Below are positions 8,811-15,537 of a stretch of 32,000 bases of DNA, one piece after another (the first letter of the stretch is position 1; each line of letters begins with the position of its first letter). The notes under the pieces were generated by a model. The model had not been told where the DNA came from, searched no databases, and was given only the letters and a program-made list of their open reading frames with translations. The translations under genes and the position numbers were made by a program. Origin of the DNA: Alkalilimnicola ehrlichii MLHE-1 (GTDB lineage: Bacteria; Pseudomonadota; Gammaproteobacteria; Nitrococcales; Halorhodospiraceae); the NCBI RefSeq assembly GCF_000014785.1, contig NC_008340.1:3060001-3092000 (forward strand). Direction: 5' to 3'.

Positions 8811-10124
8811 ATGGAGCAGACGTCCGCCGCCCGCCAGCCGTCGGAACAGGCAGCCCGGCTGAGCGTCTGGGTGCTACTGCTGCTCGGGGCCCTCCTGCTG
8901 CAGCAACCCGTACCGAGTGCACAGGCCGCTGAGAACGGCCCCGCCGGGGCGGACACCATCACCCTGCATTTCTTCTGGACCCAGCAGTGCCCCCGCTGCA
9001 TTGCCGCCCTGCCCGCCGTCCGCCGGCTGGCCGAGGACTACGACTGGCTGGAGGTGCGCAGCTACAACCTCAGCGCGGAGCCACGGCACGGCCAGGTCTA
9101 CCGGGAACTGGCCAGCGCCCTGGGCGAGGAGGCCCGGGCGGTGCCGGGGTTTGTCTTCTGCGACGCCATGCTGGTGGGCTTCGATGACCACGGCCGGCAG
9201 GAGGCGCGATTGCGCCAGTTGCTGGAGACCTGTCATGCGCAGATCCAGGCCGGCGGGCCGCCGGTGCTGGAGCGTGCCCTTTGGACCGAGGCGGAACCCA
9301 TGCGGTTGCCGCTGCTCGGCGAGGTGCGGCCGGATGACCTCTCGCTGCCGGCACTGACCCTCCTGCTGGCCGGGTTCGACGCCTTCAACCCCTGCGCCTT
9401 CTTCGTGCTGCTGTTCCTGCTCAGCGTGGTGGTGCACAGCCGCAGCCGCGGCCGTATCCTGCTGATTGGCGGCATCTTCGTGACCATCTCCGGGGTCATT
9501 TACTTCACCTTCATGACCGCCTGGCTGAACGCCTTCCTGGTCTTTGGCGAGATGCCGCTGGTGACCCGGCTGGCCGGGCTGGTGGCGGTGACCATGGCGC
9601 TGATCAACATCAAGGACTACTTCTGGTTCAAGCGCGGCGTGTCACTGAGCATTCCGGACTCGGCCCGGCCGGGGCTGTTCCGGCGTATGCGCGCACTCAC
9701 CACCGCCGACAGTCTGCCCTGGGTGCTGGGGGCCACGCTGATCCTCGCCGTGGTGGTGAACCTCTACGAGATCCTCTGCACCATGGGCTTCCCCATGATC
9801 TACACCCGCATCCTCACCGCCCACGACCCGGGCGCGGTGGGATACTACGGCTACCTGCTGGCCTACAACGTGATCTACGTGCTTCCCATGCTCATCATCG
9901 TGGCGCTGTTCGCCTTCACCCTGGGCAATCGCAAGCTGCAGGAAGACGAGGGGCGGCTGCTGAAACTGCTCTCGGGGATGATGATGCTGGGTCTGGGACT
10001 GATGCTGCTGCTGCGTCCGGACCTGCTGGCCAACCCCCTGTTCGCCGTCGGCGTCATCTTCCTGGCCCTGCTGGCCACCGGGCTGGTCCGCCGTCTGTCC
10101 CCGCGAGGGTCAGGCGGTCGATGA
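8811..10124 (+). CDS. Periplasmic thioredoxin-fold domain fused to a CcdA/DsbD-like polytopic membrane domain (putative thiol:disulfide oxidoreductase)
   Basis: Start is taken at ATG 8811, with GGAGGGG 7 nt upstream. The N-terminus is a signal peptide (VWVLLLLGALLLQQPVPSAQA/AE). The Trx-like module has CPRC (codons at 8988-8999) in FFWTQQCPRCIAALP. About 6-7 TM helices follow. TM1 carries AGFDAFNPCAFF (compare B. subtilis CcdA GFLSFISPC). A later TM carries YEILCTMGFP (compare CcdA GWTPCTGP). Confidence 0.8.
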   Translation: MEQTSAARQPSEQAARLSVWVLLLLGALLLQQPVPSAQAAENGPAGADTITLHFFWTQQCPRCIAALPAVRRLAEDYDWLEVRSYNLSAEPRHGQVYRELASALGEEARAVPGFVFCDAMLVGFDDHGRQEARLRQLLETCHAQIQAGGPPVLERALWTEAEPMRLPLLGEVRPDDLSLPALTLLLAGFDAFNPCAFFVLLFLLSVVVHSRSRGRILLIGGIFVTISGVIYFTFMTAWLNAFLVFGEMPLVTRLAGLVAVTMALINIKDYFWFKRGVSLSIPDSARPGLFRRMRALTTADSLPWVLGATLILAVVVNLYEILCTMGFPMIYTRILTAHDPGAVGYYGYLLAYNVIYVLPMLIIVALFAFTLGNRKLQEDEGRLLKLLSGMMMLGLGLMLLLRPDLLANPLFAVGVIFLALLATGLVRRLSPRGSGGR

Positions 10125-10345
10125 CCCCGAGCAGGTTTGAGGCCGCGCCGGCGGGGCCCTGGGCGACGCACCTGGCGAATATTTACATGATTAGACACCG
10201 GCATTAGGACCTATACTTCTGCCGTGAGGAGATTTGTTAGATAAACCTGATCCGGTGGCCCGGTGCTTCCGGACAGCCCGCCGGGCGGCGGATAACCCGC
10301 TCCCACCTGCCGCCCGACAGCCCTATTCACCCGGAGGGCTGAGTC

Positions 10346-11065
10346 ATGCAAACACCACGAGTTTTGTTATTTTCAGTGCTGTTTGTCCTTTTGCTGATGG
10401 GTTGCGGGAATGAACAATCGGCGGACGACGACGCGGCACCGCTCGCCTCCAATAGGCCCGCATTGGAGGCGAGCGCGGTTGCCGATCTGTTGGTGCAGAA
10501 CTTCCATGATCAGACCGCGATTTTCGAGGAGATTGGTGATCGCATCCTGGCCATTGACGGGCAAGCCGCCGCCGAAGAGGTAGGCCGGCTCCTCGAGGGA
10601 GCCTACACGGACCGGGCGATTGCCGGGATTGAGGACATGGTCCAGTGGGCGGAAGAGTACCTGGTACCTCTCGATGCGGCGGAGCGTGCGGTACTCGCCG
10701 AGGAACTGGATGCGATCTTCGCGGCGGATGGCCGCCTAAAGGAAGCCGGGATGAGATTGGATCGGGCCACAGAGCGCGTTGACGGGAGTATCAACGCGCT
10801 GTTCCTGGCCAACCCGGGGCAGGCGCAAACGGTGCTCAATGGCGTGATCGCCTTTGGGGAAAACCTGGAGGCCTTCATGAACGATGAGCGGTGGCTGGCT
10901 CTGGACCGTCTTCTGGCACCGGAGCCGGCTCCCGAGGACGCAGCCCGCGGGTCGGCCGGGCAGATCGGTTCGCCTACCTGGTGTGAACGGATGGCCAACA
11001 CGCCGCAGTCCCAATGGACGATGAACGACGCCTTTGCGTTCGCGAACCATTGCACGGGCGGTTGA
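10346..11065 (+). CDS. Hypothetical lipoprotein, acidic and all-helical, with a C-terminal Cys-X22-Cys module
   Basis: The lipobox LLLMGC|G follows a hydrophobic signal sequence. GGAGGG lies 8 nt upstream of the ATG. The C-terminus GSPTWCERMANTPQSQWTMNDAFAFANHC resembles, from memory, the short 'WC...W...HC' lipoprotein module known as DUF3012. The gene has more A/T-ending codons than its neighbours. Confidence 0.7.
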   Translation: MQTPRVLLFSVLFVLLLMGCGNEQSADDDAAPLASNRPALEASAVADLLVQNFHDQTAIFEEIGDRILAIDGQAAAEEVGRLLEGAYTDRAIAGIEDMVQWAEEYLVPLDAAERAVLAEELDAIFAADGRLKEAGMRLDRATERVDGSINALFLANPGQAQTVLNGVIAFGENLEAFMNDERWLALDRLLAPEPAPEDAARGSAGQIGSPTWCERMANTPQSQWTMNDAFAFANHCTGG

Positions 11066-11238
11066 GCGCGGGCGGGTATCCGCAGGCCAGCCGGCCCCGC
11101 TCGGCTCGGCTGGTGTCACGGGCATGCCGGGCCATCCGTCCGATCTGAATGGGTCGGCACGGGCCCCTTTATCTGTGCAATCGGATATGCCAACATAGTG
11201 ATATCAGGATACGCGCACAATATTAGGAGACGAGCAAC

Positions 11239-11841
11239 ATGCACCGCAGAAACCCAACCCTCAAGGCAGCCGCGATCAGCGCTTTCATCGGCACGGCGGC
11301 CTTGACGTCACCCGCGCTCCACGCCGACCCCTTCGACGGCTTCTTCGCACCAGGGGACAACGGGGAGGCCTCCATCGCGCCGGTTGAGTCCTTATTCCTG
11401 ACGATCTACGAGGCTGCCGACGGCACCAGCGAGGGCTACGCCCGAGCTCTGACGGAAGCGATCAACTATCGCGTGGCCGCCATGCAGATCTTCGGCGACG
11501 ACTGGTTCAAGATTGACAGGGCACTGCGCAACGACTTCCTGGAGGTGTTCCCATCGGCCATACAGGACTACCTGGAATCGCTGGCGATCACCGATTTTCA
11601 CATTGAGTCCATCACGCCAACCGAGAGGGACACTGAGTTCGATGCCTCGGGCGAACTGGTGACGGACGCAACGCAAGACCCACTGCCGGTAACCTGGACC
11701 GTCAGGGTTCGCGGCCCGGAGGCCCGGATCATCCGGGCAGAAACCGCTGACGCAACCCTACTGCTACCTGAGCATGCACGTCAGCAGGTTGCCGACAATC
11801 CGACGGATCTTGAAGATATCATGGGTGGCCTGGGTTACTGA
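11239..11841 (+). CDS. Secreted hypothetical protein, possibly MlaC/Ttg2D-like lipid-binding protein
   Basis: AGGAGA lies 8 nt upstream of the ATG. The signal peptide is KAAAISAFIGTAALTSPALHA/DP. The central segment INYRVAAMQIFGDDWFKIDRALRNDFLEVFPSAIQDYLESL, followed by VTWTVRVRG..ARIIRAETADATLL, loosely follows the MlaC layout. The functional assignment is weak. Confidence 0.6.
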   Translation: MHRRNPTLKAAAISAFIGTAALTSPALHADPFDGFFAPGDNGEASIAPVESLFLTIYEAADGTSEGYARALTEAINYRVAAMQIFGDDWFKIDRALRNDFLEVFPSAIQDYLESLAITDFHIESITPTERDTEFDASGELVTDATQDPLPVTWTVRVRGPEARIIRAETADATLLLPEHARQQVADNPTDLEDIMGGLGY

Positions 11842-11885
11842 CGCGCATTGCCCCCGATACCGACCCGACTTACCGACTTACCGCA

Positions 11886-11905
11886 GGCGGGGCGCCAGCC
11901 CCGCC
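11886..11905. terminator. Perfect 8-bp GC hairpin between convergent genes (likely bidirectional terminator or RNA-stabilising stem)
   Basis: GGCGGGGC (11886-11893), loop GCCA, GCCCCGCC (11898-11905). It sits between the stop of the + strand gene (11841) and the stop of the thiolase gene (11915). There is no U-tract on either side. Confidence 0.45.
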
Positions 11906-11914
11906 ACGGCGGCC

Positions 11915-13105
11915 TCAGAGCCTCTCCAATGCCAGGGCGATCCCCTGACCTCCGCCAATACACAAGGTCACGATGCCGCGATGCCCCCCATCACGATGCA
12001 TGGCGTGCAGGAGTCGGGTCGTGAGTACCGCACCGGTGGCGCCAATGGGGTGTCCATGGGCGATGGCGCCCCCCTCGACATTAACCACATCCTCGCTGAG
12101 CCCCAGCTCTCGCAGGCAGGCCAGGGCAATGGCGGCAAAGGCCTCGTTAATCTCCACCCGATCCACGTCCCCAATCGCCCAGCCGGCCCGATCCAGGGCC
12201 TGTCTGACCGCAGGCACCGGGCCGATGCCGAAATAACCCGGCTCCACCGCGCCGACGCCAAAGGCCACCAACCGGGCCATCGGCACGACGCCCGCGGCCT
12301 CGGCCCAGGCCCGATCAGCGACCACCATCGCGGCCGCTCCGCTGTTGAGGCCGGGGGCGTTGCCGGCCGTGATAGTCCCCCCTTCGCGGAAGGCCGGTTT
12401 CATGCGCGCGAGCGATTCGGCGGTTACATCACCCCGGTTGTGCTCATCCCGCTCGAACGGTACAACGCCCTTGCGGGCATTGACCTCCACGGGGGTGATT
12501 TCCCCGTCGAAACGACCCGCCGCCTGGGCCTCGGAAAACCGCTGTTGCGAGCGGGCCGCCCAGCGATCCTGATCCTCCCGGGAGACACCGTAGCGACTGA
12601 CCAGATCCTCGGTGTGCCAACCGGAATGCTTGCCGCTGAACGCATCATTCAATCCGTCCGTCAGCATGCTGTCGAACAGCTTCGCGTCGCCCATCCGGGC
12701 ACCCCAGCGACCCTGCGGCATCAGATAGGGCGCCATGTCCATGTTCTCCATGCCCCCGGCGATGGCACAGTCCGTCATGCCGCTCCAGATCTCCATGGCG
12801 GCACTGGCGATGGCCTGAGCCCCGGAGCCGCAGACGCGGTTCACCGTGAGTGCCGGCACCTCCACCGGGAGACCTGCGTGTATGCCCACCTGCCGGGCCG
12901 GATTCATCCGGTTGCCGGCCTGGATAACGTTGCCCATCACCACGGACTGGACTTTTTCCGGCGCCAAACCGGTCCGGGAGAGGACGCTCCGCACGGCACA
13001 GGCCCCGAGCTCTGTGGCAGGCGTGTTCTTGAGCGTGCCCCCGTAGGTGCCGATCGCGGTACGGACGGGGGCGCAGAGCACAACCTCGCGCTGAGTCATA
13101 GCCAT
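11915..13105 (-). CDS. Acetyl-CoA C-acetyltransferase (biosynthetic thiolase)
   Basis: 396 aa. Thiolase signatures are present: VNRVCGSGAQAI (active-site Cys), NEAFAA, GGAIAHGHPIGATGA and LCIGGGQGIAL. The start could be ATG 13105 or ATG 13099 (MTQREVV), because the GAGG box is 3 or 9 nt upstream respectively. It is phaA/atoB-like, but no phaB or phaC is adjacent. Confidence 0.93.
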   Translation of the reverse strand: MAMTQREVVLCAPVRTAIGTYGGTLKNTPATELGACAVRSVLSRTGLAPEKVQSVVMGNVIQAGNRMNPARQVGIHAGLPVEVPALTVNRVCGSGAQAIASAAMEIWSGMTDCAIAGGMENMDMAPYLMPQGRWGARMGDAKLFDSMLTDGLNDAFSGKHSGWHTEDLVSRYGVSREDQDRWAARSQQRFSEAQAAGRFDGEITPVEVNARKGVVPFERDEHNRGDVTAESLARMKPAFREGGTITAGNAPGLNSGAAAMVVADRAWAEAAGVVPMARLVAFGVGAVEPGYFGIGPVPAVRQALDRAGWAIGDVDRVEINEAFAAIALACLRELGLSEDVVNVEGGAIAHGHPIGATGAVLTTRLLHAMHRDGGHRGIVTLCIGGGQGIALALERL

Positions 13106-13234
13106 TTACCTCGCTAGTGAAAACCGCACAAGAATAGGGTAATCGCACGATACCGCCAGCGCGCCCGAAACGACGTAAATCCGCGGTTCCGGGAAGCGCT
13201 TACCACCGGCCCTCAAACCGTTTACCAAGCCTGG

Positions 13235-14074
13235 TCAGCTCGCGGAAGTGGGACGCGCCGGCACCAAGAGCACGAGCTGGTGGCTATTACGGCAGACCGC
13301 CTCGGCGGTGCTCCCCAGCAGGAGTTCAGTTAACGGGTTGTGGCCGCGCCGCCCGAGCACCACCAAGTCCGCCTGCTGTTCCCTGGCCACCTGGCTGATC
13401 ACCTGGCTGGGCTTGCCACGCCCTACCAATACCGTCTGGAAGGTGTCCGCGCCTGCTTGATCGAGAAGGCCCCGGATATGCTGCTCGATCCGTACCCGTT
13501 CGCCATCCTCATCCTTGCGATCATCCCACCGGCCGACGGAGACCACGACCCCCCGACCACAATGGGGCAGCAGCTTGAGAAAGGCCGCCTCGGCGCCGGA
13601 GGCCGCCTCGGAGCCATCGGTGGCCAGTAGCGGCCGGCAGATACCGCCCGAAGGCAGGGACGCCTCGCCATTGATCGGCACCAGCAACAGAGGCCGGTCG
13701 GCCAGACGCGCAAGGTTCAGCACCGTATTGCCAAGGAGCAGTTCGTGGACAAAACCGTGCCCCTGGCTGCCGGCCAGGATGGTGCCCGCCTGGCAGGCCT
13801 CGGCGGCGGCGATCAGCTCCTGGGCCACGGCGCCGACCCGGATCGTCCAGTCCACGTCCAGCCCGGTGGCCTGTTTCAGTGCCTTCGCCGCCTCGGCCAG
13901 CTTTTCCTCGTAATAGGCCCGATGACCCAGCTCCGGGGCCTGGGTATACCCCTCGGCCATCACGTAGGCCAGGGTCACGCGCCGGCAGCCCAGCGCCGGC
14001 AGGCGGGCCAGTTGGGCCTCCAGTTGCGACCAGGCCGGTGAGAAGTCGATGGCGGCCAGTATATGCTTCAGCAT
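13235..14074 (-). CDS. Universal stress protein, tandem UspA-domain type
   Basis: 279 aa with two Usp modules. The first runs ILAAIDFS...ILAGSQGHGFVHELLLGNTVLNLARLADRPLLLVP. The second runs LLATDGS...DLVVLGRRGHNPLTELLLGSTAEAVCRNSHQLVLLVP. GGAGAAAGG precedes the ATG. It lies 30 nt downstream of the CC-motif ORF on the same strand, so it may be the last gene of the ars transcript. Confidence 0.85.
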   Translation of the reverse strand: MLKHILAAIDFSPAWSQLEAQLARLPALGCRRVTLAYVMAEGYTQAPELGHRAYYEEKLAEAAKALKQATGLDVDWTIRVGAVAQELIAAAEACQAGTILAGSQGHGFVHELLLGNTVLNLARLADRPLLLVPINGEASLPSGGICRPLLATDGSEAASGAEAAFLKLLPHCGRGVVVSVGRWDDRKDEDGERVRIEQHIRGLLDQAGADTFQTVLVGRGKPSQVISQVAREQQADLVVLGRRGHNPLTELLLGSTAEAVCRNSHQLVLLVPARPTSAS

Positions 14075-14104
14075 GTCCTTTCTCCGTTGGCTGAATCGCC
14101 AGAA

Positions 14105-14425
14105 TCATTGCCCTTCGGTTTTCGTGTGCCCCGCGGGGCGCCAGGGGCTGACGGCGCCCTCCACCACCAGGCGTTTCCAGCGCCAGAACCCTTCCACATC
14201 CACCCGGTAGGGGCCTTCGGAGAGCGCCCGGGCCAGGTAGACGGTGACGCCCTCCAGCGACAGGGCCTGGTAGTCCTCGCGGGCCTCCGGCACCCGGACC
14301 TCGGCCCGGGGCACGGCTGCGTGGCCGCCGCAGCAGCCATGTTGGGGGGCGGCACGCACAGTCAGTACGCCCCCCTGGGCCAGCACCCATGCCCGCGCCG
14401 CCGGGGTCAGGATGACCGGGGTCAT
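14105..14425 (-). CDS. Uncharacterised 106-aa protein with vicinal-cysteine HGCCGG motif, translationally coupled to acr3
   Basis: Its ATG (14425-14423) overlaps the acr3 stop codon in an ATGA junction (14422-14425). The CC codons are at 14330-14335. The N-terminal layout (ILTPAARAWV..GGVLTVR....GCCGG) is reminiscent of IscA/HesB-type scaffolds, but the C-terminal CxC is absent. From memory it resembles small proteins annotated 'CC/Se motif family (seleno)protein'; this is unverified. Confidence 0.7.
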   Translation of the reverse strand: MTPVILTPAARAWVLAQGGVLTVRAAPQHGCCGGHAAVPRAEVRVPEAREDYQALSLEGVTVYLARALSEGPYRVDVEGFWRWKRLVVEGAVSPWRPAGHTKTEGQ

Positions 14426-15537
14426 GCCTTGCCCGAGGCGGGGGCCAGCCCCGGCTGCGTCTCTTCCGGGAACCAGTGCTTGGTTTTATTGGCGATGCGG
14501 ACCAGCGCCAGCATCAGCGGTACCTCCACCAGCACGCCCACCACGGTGGCCAGCGCCGCCCCCGATTGCAGGCCGAACAGGGCGATGGCCGCGGCCACGG
14601 CCAGCTCGAAGAAGTTGCTGGCGCCAATCATGGCCCCGGGTGCCGCCACCGAGTGCTGCACCTTCCACGCCTTCGCCCAACGATAGGCAATGAAGAAGAT
14701 CAGGAAGGTCTGGATGATCAGCGGGATCGCGATCAACAGAATGTGCAGCGGGTTGTTCAGGATCACCTCGCCTTGGAAGGCGAACAGCAGGATCAGGGTG
14801 AGGATCAGCCCGATGGGCGTCACCGGCGCCAGGCGCTTCATGAAGACGTTGTCGAACCACTCCACGCCCTTGTGTTTGATGAGCATCACGCGGGTCAGGT
14901 AGCCGGCAGCCAGCGGGATGACGATGTACAGGAACACCGACAACGCCACGGTATCCCACGGCACCTGGATGTCAGAGATGCCCAGCAGCAGCACCACGAT
15001 GGGGGCAAAGGCGAACAGCATGATCAGGTCGTTCACCGAGACCTGCACCAGGGTGTAGGCGGCATCGCCCCGGGTGAGGTAGCTCCAGACGAAGACCATG
15101 GCGGTGCAGGGGGCCGCGCCCAGCAGGATGGCCCCGGCCAGGTACTCCCGGGCCAGGTCCTCCGGGATGAAGGGCTGGAAGACCACCATCAGGAAGAACC
15201 AGGCGATGGCGAACATGGTGAAAGGCTTGATCAGCCAGTTCACAGTGGTGGTGATCACCAGCCCCTTGGGCTGCCGGCGCACACCGAGGATGGCACCGAA
15301 GTCGATCTGCACCATCATCGGGTAGATCATGGCCCAGATCAGGATGGCGACGGGGATGGAGACCTGGGCGTACTCGAAGCGTGCAAGGGTATCCGGCACC
15401 ACCGGCAGAAACTGCCCCAGCAGCACGCCGGCGATCATGCCCAGCGCCACCCAAAGGGTGAGGTAGCGCTCGAACAAGCCCATACCCTCCTTGGTGGAGG
15501 GGGTGTCATTGGCGGCGGTCGGCTGCGAATCACTCAT
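14422..15537 (-). CDS. acr3: Arsenite efflux transporter, ACR3 family
   Basis: 371 aa. GLFERYLTLWVALGMIAGVLLG...GAAPCTAMVFVWS... is the canonical ACR3 sequence, including the conserved Cys in GAAPC. The ATG overlaps the arsA stop (ATGA at 15534-15537). Confidence 0.94.
   Translation of the reverse strand: MSDSQPTAANDTPSTKEGMGLFERYLTLWVALGMIAGVLLGQFLPVVPDTLARFEYAQVSIPVAILIWAMIYPMMVQIDFGAILGVRRQPKGLVITTTVNWLIKPFTMFAIAWFFLMVVFQPFIPEDLAREYLAGAILLGAAPCTAMVFVWSYLTRGDAAYTLVQVSVNDLIMLFAFAPIVVLLLGISDIQVPWDTVALSVFLYIVIPLAAGYLTRVMLIKHKGVEWFDNVFMKRLAPVTPIGLILTLILLFAFQGEVILNNPLHILLIAIPLIIQTFLIFFIAYRWAKAWKVQHSVAAPGAMIGASNFFELAVAAAIALFGLQSGAALATVVGVLVEVPLMLALVRIANKTKHWFPEETQPGLAPASGKA

Noticed and set aside
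10240-10275. A possible att-like repeat of the tRNA-Met 3' end (GGTGGCCCGGTGC versus GGTGGCTACGGGTGG) marking the far end of a tRNA-linked island. Also a 10-nt match, CGAACCACCG, inside the Na/Pi gene at about 4267-4276.
   Set aside because: The matches are short, gapped and within chance expectation for GC-rich DNA. No convincing direct repeat of the tRNA 3' half was seen by eye anywhere in the window. The island hypothesis therefore rests on context only.
11865-11883. A tandem octamer, CCGACTTA x2.4, just after the MlaC-like gene.
   Set aside because: It is too short and has too few copies to be a meaningful repeat element. It is probably replication slippage in a non-coding tail.
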